This document shows, piece by piece, positions 27,979 through 36,260 of a stretch of DNA of 64,000 bases (its first letter is position 1; each line of letters opens with the position of its first letter). The position numbers and the translations under genes are program-made. The notes under the pieces were generated by a model. The model did no database searches and was not told where the DNA came from. It saw nothing but the letters and a program-made list of their open reading frames with translations. The DNA is from a virus, in IMG/VR virus record IMGVR_UViG_3300045988_132745, positions 32,001-96,000 of that record; one strand, given 5' to 3'.

Positions 27979-28353
27979 ATGAACATGAGAGATTTTGTGA
28001 TAAAGGCATTGCGAAACTACGGTTACCGCTTTCTTGAGAATCAGAGCGGTTGCTACACTTTTGGCAAACCGCTTGGCTACGGCATACTTCGTGCGGATGT
28101 GCGCGAGGGTGAAAACTCCGTAAGTGTCATGCTGATTGTTAAAGGAAACGTGAAGGACGGCAAACGCCCGAATCAGATATGGCAGCGGACGAGCCAGGGC
28201 TTTCTGGAAGAACATGACAAACAGAAGATGTACGAGGCGTTAGTGCAAGCCGTTGCCGACTGTGAGGCAGACATCTTCTCTAAAACGCCTGTGGCTTGGT
28301 TGCAAAACCGAGACGTGAGATACGACTTCGAGGAGAATGTCCATATCGAGTAA
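27979..28353 (+). CDS. Hypothetical protein, paralog of 21112..21483
   Basis: See the evidence for 21112..21483. Confidence 0.6.
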   Translation: MNMRDFVIKALRNYGYRFLENQSGCYTFGKPLGYGILRADVREGENSVSVMLIVKGNVKDGKRPNQIWQRTSQGFLEEHDKQKMYEALVQAVADCEADIFSKTPVAWLQNRDVRYDFEENVHIE

Positions 28354-28364
28354 AAGGAATAATC

Positions 28365-28372
28365 TACCTTTG
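28365..28372 (+). promoter_or_regulatory. -7 promoter box TACCTTTG
   Basis: 70 nt upstream of the GNAT gene ATG. Confidence 0.4.
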
Positions 28373-28441
28373 CACAAGCATACGAAGAAAAAGGGACGGT
28401 CACAGTCGTCTGACTAAACAAAACTGCGTAACATTTTATCT

Positions 28442-28795
28442 ATGATACAACATCAACACTGGGAAGATTCAATCCGAATACTCGTCACCGACGAGCAGCA
28501 TCATGGCAGCATACAGGTGTTTATTCCTCACCGCACCGAAGACAAGCCTTTGGATGGCGCAGCTGATGCTCTCATCTACTCGCTGTGGGTGGACGAAGCT
28601 CACCGTGGTCATGAGGTGGCAAAACACCTGATTGAGACCGTAGAGAGGGAGCTGAAGCGTTGCGGCATAGCGAACGTCGCAATATCGTGGGACGGACGCG
28701 ACTCTCCCCTATGGGTGTTGCATTGGTACGAACGTTTGGGTTACGAAGAAAAGGCGTTAGGCCATCGATGCTGCACACTTCTCAAACGGCTGTAA
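28442..28795 (+). CDS. GNAT-family N-acetyltransferase (small)
   Basis: LWVDEAHRGHEVAKHLIETVERELKRCG resembles the acetyl-CoA binding motif A. Confidence 0.55.
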   Translation: MIQHQHWEDSIRILVTDEQHHGSIQVFIPHRTEDKPLDGAADALIYSLWVDEAHRGHEVAKHLIETVERELKRCGIANVAISWDGRDSPLWVLHWYERLGYEEKALGHRCCTLLKRL

Positions 28796-28834
28796 GGTAC
28801 GCAACCCTTTTTATTAATGAATTTATAGAGAACA

Positions 28835-29479
28835 ATGAACATATTTATATCTACTTTTTTAGGCTGGGCATTCTTTCTTGGTGCCGTCTTCGGTTGGACA
28901 TTCTTCCTCGCCTTTGTCGTTTGGCGTGTGCGGATAATGCACAAGGAACGTCTTGCTAAGAAAAGTCTGCGAAAGAGCGAGGAGAAGCGGAAGACCGACT
29001 CTGACGACATGCCTGTGCTCCTCACTCCGAAAGAGCGTCGCGAATACATGCTCAACCACATCGAGGACGGACGTTTTTACGCAATCTCGTCGCTCCGTGG
29101 CTCTGACACCACCATTGTGTGCGCTGAGCGATATGATGCCGAAGAACAAAGGCTATATTGCTATGCTTACCTTTTGATAAGCGGACGTGGTGTGTATAAT
29201 CTGCACATTAGTGACCCTCGCGGTATATTTAAATTACGCTATTTTATTGGTAACAATCCCCTGAACATCGACTTCGACTGTAATCCTCACCTCGTTGTCT
29301 TTGAAGAAGAGAACATTTCTCCGTATATCACAGATAGAGACTACAACGACTTCGTGCAAAGCTTGCAAAAGGCTGGGGGCGATTGGAAGATTGAGAAGGG
29401 CGAAGATAACGGACTGGGCTCTTACAAATATCTCTTGAAAGAAAACAATAACATAATAACAAATACAACAAGCAAATGA
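28835..29479 (+). CDS. N-terminally membrane-anchored protein, paralog of 31154..31777
   Basis: LLTPKERREYMLNHIEDGRFYAISSLRGSDTTIVCAERYD is shared almost identically, at the nucleotide level as well. Confidence 0.6.
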   Translation: MNIFISTFLGWAFFLGAVFGWTFFLAFVVWRVRIMHKERLAKKSLRKSEEKRKTDSDDMPVLLTPKERREYMLNHIEDGRFYAISSLRGSDTTIVCAERYDAEEQRLYCYAYLLISGRGVYNLHISDPRGIFKLRYFIGNNPLNIDFDCNPHLVVFEEENISPYITDRDYNDFVQSLQKAGGDWKIEKGEDNGLGSYKYLLKENNNIITNTTSK

Positions 29480-30027
29480 AAACAAAAAACATTATTACGG
29501 CATCCATACTACTTGTAGTTGCCATCGTTATCGGCTCATTGGTAGCCACCTACTTCAGTTACAACAACCGCGAGATTGCGCTGCGCCAACAGGCAGAGGC
29601 ACAACGCGGAAAGATTGAGGGCGTACACGACAAGATGTGGAAAATCATTCAGCAGAAGGCGCAGGTCACCGACGAGTATAAGCAGACCTTCGAGAAGATT
29701 TATCCGCAGCTCATTGCCGGACGCTATCAGAACGACCAGGGCACGATGATGAAGTGGATAAAGGAGAGCAACCCCAACTTTGATGTATCGCTCTACCGCG
29801 ACCTCATGCAGGCCATTGAGATACAGCGTACCGAGTTTCAGACCTCTCAGGAACGTATGCTTGACATCATCCGTGAGCACGAAACACTCACTCGCACCTA
29901 TCCTGCCCGATGGTTTGTGTCGAACACCATGCCTATCGAGTATAAGGTTATTTCGTCGTCGCGCTCCAAGGAAGTGATGACGGAAGGCGAAGACAACGAC
30001 GTGGATCTGTTCGGCAAGAAAGAGTAA
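29476..30027 (+). CDS. LemA-like membrane protein (tentative)
   Basis: N-terminal TM followed by helical repeats. The C-terminal RTYPARWF region resembles the LemA layout. Confidence 0.4.
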   Translation: MKTKNIITASILLVVAIVIGSLVATYFSYNNREIALRQQAEAQRGKIEGVHDKMWKIIQQKAQVTDEYKQTFEKIYPQLIAGRYQNDQGTMMKWIKESNPNFDVSLYRDLMQAIEIQRTEFQTSQERMLDIIREHETLTRTYPARWFVSNTMPIEYKVISSSRSKEVMTEGEDNDVDLFGKKE

Positions 30028-30033
30028 AGGCTT

Positions 30034-31131
30034 ATGGAACTACTCGTTTTTCTCATCCCCTTCTTTGTGTCGGCTGTGTTGCTACTGTTCTTCCGCAAGC
30101 AAACAACATGGTGGGAACATGCCATACTTATCATCCCCTCGCTCCTTGTGGGTGCAGCGATGATATGGGCGTTTGAGCGCGTAGAGTCGAGCGACACAGA
30201 ATACTTGGGCAGCTACGTCACGAAGATACGCTATTACGAGCCGTGGAATGAGCTTGTGAGGAAGACTCGCTCCTATACCGACTCGAAAGGGCATCGGCAC
30301 ACTCGAACCTACTATGTCACGGAGAATCATCCAGAACATTGGACCTACTACGACCATTCGGGACGTGAGCGAAACTGTTCCAATGAAGACTTTTCGGCTA
30401 TGAAGCGTCGCTTGTCGGTGGCTTCGGTGTTCGTGGATATGCACCGCCACTATTACACTCGTGATGGCGATGCGTATGAATACCGATGGAACGGTCAACC
30501 CGCTACGCTCTATTCCGTTACCCGTGAACATGAATACGAGAACAAGGTGAAGGCTTCGCGCTCAGTGTTTAAGTTTGAGGACATCAGCGAAAAGGAGGCT
30601 CGCCGACTTGGTTTGCACGATTATCCCAAGATACGGTTTTGCGACCAGTCGCCTATCATCGGAGCAAAGTTCTCTGCCCGTCAGGAACGAGCCATCCGCG
30701 TGCTCAACGCCCAGTACGGCCCGAAAAAGGAGTTTCGCCTTTATCTGCTATTCTATCGCAACAAGCCGCTATCCATTGCTGACCGACAACGCTCCTATTG
30801 GCAGGGAGGCAACAAGAACGAGCTTGTGGTGTGCGTAGGTCTTGACAGCCGTAACCGCGTGGTGTGGAGCGAAGCCTTCTCGTGGTGTGACTCGCCCGTG
30901 CTTGCCGTGAAGAGCCGCGACTGGTTTATGTCGCACCGTCTCGACCTCTGCGCCTTTGCCTCCTACATAGAACCCTTCGTGCAGAAGGAATGGAAGCGTA
31001 AGAATTTTGCCGACTTCAAATACCTCTCGGTAGAACTGAGCGACAAGCAATATTGGGGCATCATCCTCCTCATGCTCCTGCTCAACATCGGATTGAGCGT
31101 ATGGGTGGTGAGGAACGGTTTTAGGAATTAG
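30034..31131 (+). CDS. Membrane protein (2 N-terminal TM, large loop, C-terminal TM)
   Basis: 365 aa. The topology is like the partners often found next to LemA genes. No motif recognised. Confidence 0.45.
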   Translation: MELLVFLIPFFVSAVLLLFFRKQTTWWEHAILIIPSLLVGAAMIWAFERVESSDTEYLGSYVTKIRYYEPWNELVRKTRSYTDSKGHRHTRTYYVTENHPEHWTYYDHSGRERNCSNEDFSAMKRRLSVASVFVDMHRHYYTRDGDAYEYRWNGQPATLYSVTREHEYENKVKASRSVFKFEDISEKEARRLGLHDYPKIRFCDQSPIIGAKFSARQERAIRVLNAQYGPKKEFRLYLLFYRNKPLSIADRQRSYWQGGNKNELVVCVGLDSRNRVVWSEAFSWCDSPVLAVKSRDWFMSHRLDLCAFASYIEPFVQKEWKRKNFADFKYLSVELSDKQYWGIILLMLLLNIGLSVWVVRNGFRN

Positions 31132-31153
31132 TAATAACAAAATAGAGAGAAAA

Positions 31154-31777
31154 ATGGAAACAATCTTATTGAAACACTTACTGTGCATGATGTGCGTGAT
31201 AGGAGTAGTAACCCTTATCGCTTGCCTCTTTTGGCTGTGGCGCGAGTTCTTTCGTACCTGGAGAGAGAAGAAGGCAAAGCAAAAGGAGGGATGCCAACAG
31301 CAGAAAAAAACTACATGCCTGCCGGAGCCGCCTTTGCTCCTCACTCCGAAAGAGCGTCGCGAATACATGCTCAACCATATCGAGGACGGACGTTTTTACG
31401 CAATCTCGTCGCTCCGTGGCTCTGACACCACCATTGTGTGCGCAGAGCGGTATGATACCGAAGAACAAATGCTGTATTGCTATGCTTACCTTTCGATAAG
31501 CGGAAGGGGGGATTATAATCTGCATATCATCGCCCCTATCGGCAAGACCAAGTTTTGCGACTTCCTCGGCAAAAAACGACTGCGTATTGACCTCGACCTC
31601 ATTCCTCGCTGCGTTGTCTTTGAAGAAGAGAACATTTCTCCGTATCTCGTAGATAGAGAATATAACACTTTCGTGCAGAGTTTGCAAGCGGCTGGATTCG
31701 ACTGGAAGATTGAGAAGGGCGAAGATAACGGACTGGGCTCCCACAAATATCTCTTGAAAGAAACAAGAACAAAATAG
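31154..31777 (+). CDS. N-terminally membrane-anchored protein, paralog of 28835..29479
   Basis: See the evidence for 28835..29479. Confidence 0.6.
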   Translation: METILLKHLLCMMCVIGVVTLIACLFWLWREFFRTWREKKAKQKEGCQQQKKTTCLPEPPLLLTPKERREYMLNHIEDGRFYAISSLRGSDTTIVCAERYDTEEQMLYCYAYLSISGRGDYNLHIIAPIGKTKFCDFLGKKRLRIDLDLIPRCVVFEEENISPYLVDREYNTFVQSLQAAGFDWKIEKGEDNGLGSHKYLLKETRTK

Positions 31778-31816
31778 CAAGAAACAATTCAATAAAACAA
31801 TTAAATTTCATTTCTT

Positions 31817-32635
31817 ATGAGAAAATTATTTTCAATTCTTTTTGCGTTTGTCGCAGTAGTGATGTTATCCTCGTGCCGTTTTGTGTCGCCCGATGCCGAC
31901 GAGGAAACCGTGTTGGTGAAGAAGCCTTGGTTCTTCGGACACGGAGGAGTAGACAACGACCCCGTTCAGAGTGGTCTGACATGGTGTGCCATGAGCACAC
32001 GTGCCGAGACGTTCAAGATTGTTCCGGTACGCCATGAGGTTGTTCTTGACGACATCTTCTCTGACGACAACACACCGCTTGACTTCCATTCTGTCATAGT
32101 CACTCAGGTGGAGCAAGGCAAGTCGCCCGTGCTGTTGTAGAACTATGGACGCGACTGGTTTAACACCAACCTCTACAACTACTTCTGCAATCTTGTCAGA
32201 GACCATATCTCGCAGTATAGTCCGTTCGACTTGATGTCTAACCGTCAGGTATTGAGCACCATCGACAAGAAGATTCTGAAGCAGATGCAGGAGTACGTTG
32301 CTGCCCTCTCCAAGCACAAGCCGATGCCCGTCATCATCAAGGACGTTATCATCGGCAAGGCTACACCCAACAAGGAACAGCTTGCCGAAATGAACCGCAC
32401 GGCAAAGATGGTACAGGCCAAGCAGACGCAGGAACGTGAATATGAGGTTCAGGTGGCTCGCGAGAAGGCCGAGCGCCAAAAGGCTGTGGCAGACAAGGCG
32501 TATATGAGCGAGATGAATCTTAGCCCGCAGCAGTTTATTCAGCTTAAATGGGTGGAGACGGTGGCTCAGAAGCAGGGCGCAAACATAGACGTGCTCGTAG
32601 GCCCGGCTGAGCACATGTGGAATATCAAACGATAA
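31817..32635 (+). pseudogene. SPFH/band-7 (prohibitin-like) lipoprotein gene interrupted by one in-frame TAG at 32138-32140
   Basis: ORFs 31817..32140 and 32231..32635 are in the same frame, and 32141-32230 has no stop. Lipobox MLSSC. The product reads through as ..GKSPVLL*NYGRDWF.. with a typical SPFH C-terminal coiled coil. Confidence 0.6.
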
Positions 32636-32664
32636 AAAGTATATCAATCAAAAATAAAATAATT

Positions 32665-33078
32665 ATGAATATCATTTTTTCAACACTCATCGTGATTCTC
32701 ATCATCCTGCTGTTCACCATCTTTGCAGCATGGATAGACAAGTTCAACGCAAAGCACAAGGAGGCTTTCATTGAGGAAACTCTCGACCGTAAGGAGGCGT
32801 TCATTGAGAAAGCCATTGACAAGGTTTCATCGCTCCTTACTTCCAAAATCGCCGTGGTGATGGATCAGTACAAAGCTGGTCCGTGGTATCTTGTGGTATA
32901 TACCAAGGAAGCCAACCACCCTATATGGATCTCTAACAACAATATCCGCAGCGTACACCCCGACCCGAAGAACCGCAAAATCATTATCAAGCAGTTCTGT
33001 AATGAGGATATGGTGATTGAGAACGTGGAGAACTACGAGTTGTGCTCGGCCAACGAAATGTGCGACTACGACATGTAG
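32665..33078 (+). CDS. Small membrane-anchored protein
   Basis: Start at MNIIFSTL, after the upstream stop. Confidence 0.5.
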   Translation: MNIIFSTLIVILIILLFTIFAAWIDKFNAKHKEAFIEETLDRKEAFIEKAIDKVSSLLTSKIAVVMDQYKAGPWYLVVYTKEANHPIWISNNNIRSVHPDPKNRKIIIKQFCNEDMVIENVENYELCSANEMCDYDM

Positions 33079-33141
33079 ACGGGCGCAACTAACAATATAC
33101 TTTGACTGGATGTTTCATTCGCAAATTTTACTTTAGGCATG

Positions 33142-33174
33142 GTCCTGTTGTCCGTGAGGATAGCAGGGCTTTTT
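33142..33174 (+). terminator. Rho-independent terminator (GTCC-GTGA-GGAT core)
   Basis: GTCCTGTTGTCC-GTGA-GGATAGCAGGGC followed by TTTTTG. Confidence 0.7.
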
Positions 33175-33221
33175 GTTTATTTTCACCCTGAGCATGTCCG
33201 CCCCTTCTCCCCGTCTTTCCT

Positions 33222-33229
33222 TAACTTTG
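33222..33229 (+). promoter_or_regulatory. -7 promoter box TAACTTTG
   Basis: Lies inside the long version of the ORF, which supports the ATG at 33266 as the start. Confidence 0.4.
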
Positions 33230-33265
33230 CGCTATAGACATTCAACAAAACACATATTTATCACA

Positions 33266-35026
33266 ATGACAACAGTTAGCAACATCAGCGAGTTCCAACA
33301 GCGTAGTGAGGAGCTTCAGTCGCAAGGCTACGAGGCCGTTCTGCCTGGCGCGTTCTGTGCGCCCAAGCAGGGAGGCAGCAACGTGTTTTCGTGGGGCGAG
33401 TACGTTCACCAGAAACTCACGGCTTCGGCTACCATGCCCGGAGCGGAAGGCAATGCGGCAAGACGGGAGATTTCCGCTGTGTTCGGTTCATCGGGTGGCG
33501 AGAACAAAGCCGTGCCCGAAGGTGTGGGTACACCAGGACTGGGATTTATGGAGTGGGGAGTGGGCAACCAACTGCCCAACCTCGTGTATCTGCTCTCCAA
33601 GATGTCGCCCTTCACAGCAGCGGGAGTGGATTTCGTGAAAAAAATTCTCGTGGGTCGCGGACCATGCGCCAAGTATCACTATACGCAGTATGTCGGTGGC
33701 AATATCACCGAGAAGTCTATCCCCTACCCTTCGGCTGGCACCTTGCTCCGCGGGCAGATAGCCGACCTCAAGGCTAAGGAAAAGCAAATGTCAGATTCGG
33801 ATAATCAATCTTCACAATCGGATAACCAATTCTCAAAATCGGTTAATCAACTCTCACAATCGGCGAACAATTCTGATAGTGAAGACAGCGAAGAGATGAA
33901 GTCGCTCAAGGCGGCACTGAAAGAATGGGAGCGCACCGATGAGGAGTTGCAGGCGTTTGTTGAGAACAACGACCTCCACAATACCTACCTCGAAATGGCA
34001 GGCGATATGTCGCTCATGTCGCAATGCTTCTGCGAGTTGCAGCTTAACCAACGCCAGTTGGACGAGAACAAGCGCCCAGTGCCCACATCACGGTGGGATC
34101 CGAAGATTGTAGGCATAAAACCTCGCTCGGTGTTCACCACCCGACTGGAGCGAATGGACAGACAGTATCGCATCAACTATGCCTACCTCTCCAATCAATG
34201 GCTCGACTCCACACAGACGCTCACCGAAACCGACCGTCGCATTGCTGCCGTGCCTTATCTCGCTGCCGACACAGCCGTCTCCGACCTCAACCGCCATGTG
34301 CGTGAGGCACGTCAGCAGCGAGTGAGCCGCAAGAACCGCCCCACACGCTTCATCATGTCGCCACGCGACTTCGGCGGGCCTTACTATGCCGATGCCCTTT
34401 GGCACAGCATCTTTGCCGGAAGCATTTTTGAGTATGCCTTTACTATTGTTGACGATCGTCTCACTCGCAAGCGCAACAGCAATATCATCGGTCGCGTAAT
34501 CTACATTCACCAAGAATACCTCAAACACCTCTACACCCAGCAGGGCGAGAACAAGAGCAAGACGATGGCGCAGATTCAGCAGGAGGTGTTCACCGACATC
34601 AACCGCTGGCTGTCTAATCCCGACAACGCAGGTCAGGCTCTTATCTCTGCCGTGTTCACTGGCTTGGACGGCAAGGAGCACAAGGCGTGGGAGATTGTGG
34701 AGATTGAGAGCAAGGCAAACTCGCAAGCGCAAGCCGAGAAGACCGAGCTTCAGGAAATTTCTTCCATCATCTTCTTCGCCATGGGCCTTGACTCAAAACT
34801 CATAGGCAACACCCCAGGCGACGCTACATCATCGGGCGGCACCGACCTCCGCGAGCGTTTCCTCGTAAAGCAGATACAGTTTGCACCATTGCAGCAGCTC
34901 ATGCTCCGACCACTGGAGGTGATAAGCAAATTCAATAAGTGGGACTCGCACCTTGTGTGGCAGATTGACCGCGAAGTGCTCACCACGCTGGATAACTCGA
35001 ATACAGGGGTTACGAAGCAGGAATAG
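33266..35026 (+). CDS. Portal-like protein (tentative)
   Basis: 586 aa with an acidic low-complexity insert. The size and general character suggest a portal. No motif verified. Confidence 0.4.
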   Translation: MTTVSNISEFQQRSEELQSQGYEAVLPGAFCAPKQGGSNVFSWGEYVHQKLTASATMPGAEGNAARREISAVFGSSGGENKAVPEGVGTPGLGFMEWGVGNQLPNLVYLLSKMSPFTAAGVDFVKKILVGRGPCAKYHYTQYVGGNITEKSIPYPSAGTLLRGQIADLKAKEKQMSDSDNQSSQSDNQFSKSVNQLSQSANNSDSEDSEEMKSLKAALKEWERTDEELQAFVENNDLHNTYLEMAGDMSLMSQCFCELQLNQRQLDENKRPVPTSRWDPKIVGIKPRSVFTTRLERMDRQYRINYAYLSNQWLDSTQTLTETDRRIAAVPYLAADTAVSDLNRHVREARQQRVSRKNRPTRFIMSPRDFGGPYYADALWHSIFAGSIFEYAFTIVDDRLTRKRNSNIIGRVIYIHQEYLKHLYTQQGENKSKTMAQIQQEVFTDINRWLSNPDNAGQALISAVFTGLDGKEHKAWEIVEIESKANSQAQAEKTELQEISSIIFFAMGLDSKLIGNTPGDATSSGGTDLRERFLVKQIQFAPLQQLMLRPLEVISKFNKWDSHLVWQIDREVLTTLDNSNTGVTKQE

Positions 35027-35048
35027 TAACGAACAAATGATATAGAGA

Positions 35049-35819
35049 ATGATTGAACTGAATAAGATATATAATGAAGACTGCCTCGAAGGAATGAAAC
35101 GGATTCCAGACGGGAGCGTGGATTGCATTGTGTGCGATTTGCCGTATGAAGTTCTGAACAAAGGCAATGAAAAGGCACGATGGGATAACATTATCCCGAT
35201 GGAGCCTCTATTCAAGGAATACTGGCGAATAGCAAAAACTAACGCTCCTATTATTCTCTTCGGTCAAGGAATGTTTACGGCACAGCTAATGATGGCACAA
35301 CCTGACACATGGCGATATAATCTAATTTGGCAAAAAGACCGACCTACAGGATTTCTCAATGCGAAGCGAATGCCTATGCGGAGCCATGAGGATATTGCTG
35401 TGTTCTATCGTGCGCTACCTACATACAATCCGCAGATGAGACAAGGTTTCCCCACTCACTCACGAGGGCATAAACACGGAAAAGCAAAGGGTAATGTCTG
35501 TTATGGCAACTATAATATTGAGACTTACTCAAAAGAAGCATCAACTGAAAAATATCCTATATCTGTATTGTTCTTCGACAAAGAAAAGAATCTTGATATG
35601 CACCCCACTCAAAAGCCCGTAGCTCTTATTCAGTACCTCATTCGCACTTACTCCAACGAGGGCGACACCATCTTAGACAACTGTATGGGTAGCGGCACCA
35701 CCGCCATTGCAGCCATCCGCGAGAAGCGTAACTTCATCGGCTTTGAGCTCAACAAGGAGTATTACGACAAGGCTTGTAAGCGCATCAAGTTGGAGCAAGC
35801 GCAGCTCAAGCTGTTCTGA
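35049..35819 (+). CDS. DNA methyltransferase (N6A/N4C, beta-class order)
   Basis: Motif IV DCIVCDLPYE lies near the N-terminus, and the AdoMet motif LDNCMGSGTTAIAA lies near the C-terminus. Confidence 0.8.
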   Translation: MIELNKIYNEDCLEGMKRIPDGSVDCIVCDLPYEVLNKGNEKARWDNIIPMEPLFKEYWRIAKTNAPIILFGQGMFTAQLMMAQPDTWRYNLIWQKDRPTGFLNAKRMPMRSHEDIAVFYRALPTYNPQMRQGFPTHSRGHKHGKAKGNVCYGNYNIETYSKEASTEKYPISVLFFDKEKNLDMHPTQKPVALIQYLIRTYSNEGDTILDNCMGSGTTAIAAIREKRNFIGFELNKEYYDKACKRIKLEQAQLKLF

Positions 35820-35847
35820 TTCAGAAAAACTATATAAAGTGATTCTT

Positions 35848-36177
35848 ATGGCAAAGATTGTCTATTTTGGCACGAATGGTAGTAGCGGTCATACAGCAAT
35901 AGGTATTGACGCTAATCTGAAAAACGATGAATACAACAAGTGGTGTGAGTGTGACAACGACGGTTGGATAAATAAACTGTATAGCGAGCCAGAAAAGCGC
36001 ACTCGTTATGTCCGTCATTACGATTTGATATATACGGCTTATTCTATTCCAACGTCGCTTGATGACCATCGCTTAGGTTCGCATACCAATTTGTTTTGGG
36101 AAGGCTATCATTCGGAGCAGGAGATGGAAGAGTTTATCAAAAAAAACAGTTTCTTGAAAAAACAGTTTGGAATGTAA
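35848..36177 (+). CDS. Hypothetical protein
   Basis: Start at MAKIVYFG, after the methylase stop. Confidence 0.45.
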   Translation: MAKIVYFGTNGSSGHTAIGIDANLKNDEYNKWCECDNDGWINKLYSEPEKRTRYVRHYDLIYTAYSIPTSLDDHRLGSHTNLFWEGYHSEQEMEEFIKKNSFLKKQFGM

Positions 36178-36185
36178 AAGACTTG

Positions 36186-36255
36186 GATAATTCAAAATTG
36201 AGTAATTCCTAATCGGCTTGCCGACAATTCAAAACTCAAAACTCAAAATTCGCAT
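36186..36255. repeat. Intergenic element: AATTCAAAA/ACTCAAA heptads around a small GC hairpin (family 2, inverted orientation)
   Basis: Its reverse complement resembles 52795-52876 (GCGATTTTGAGTT..TTGAATT). Confidence 0.5.
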
Positions 36256-36260
36256 AGCGT

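Noticed and set aside
31817-32635. Genome-wide TAG recoding (alternative genetic code), suggested by the in-frame TAG
   Set aside because: The tape measure gene terminates with TAG, and the very long ORFs (1724, 1156, 945 aa) are uninterrupted under the standard code. No tRNA with a CTA anticodon was seen. Only this one gene is affected.
33173-33265. Upstream start of the portal-like ORF
   Set aside because: A terminator tail and a TAACTTTG -7 box lie inside this extension. The ATG at 33266 is consistent with that promoter.
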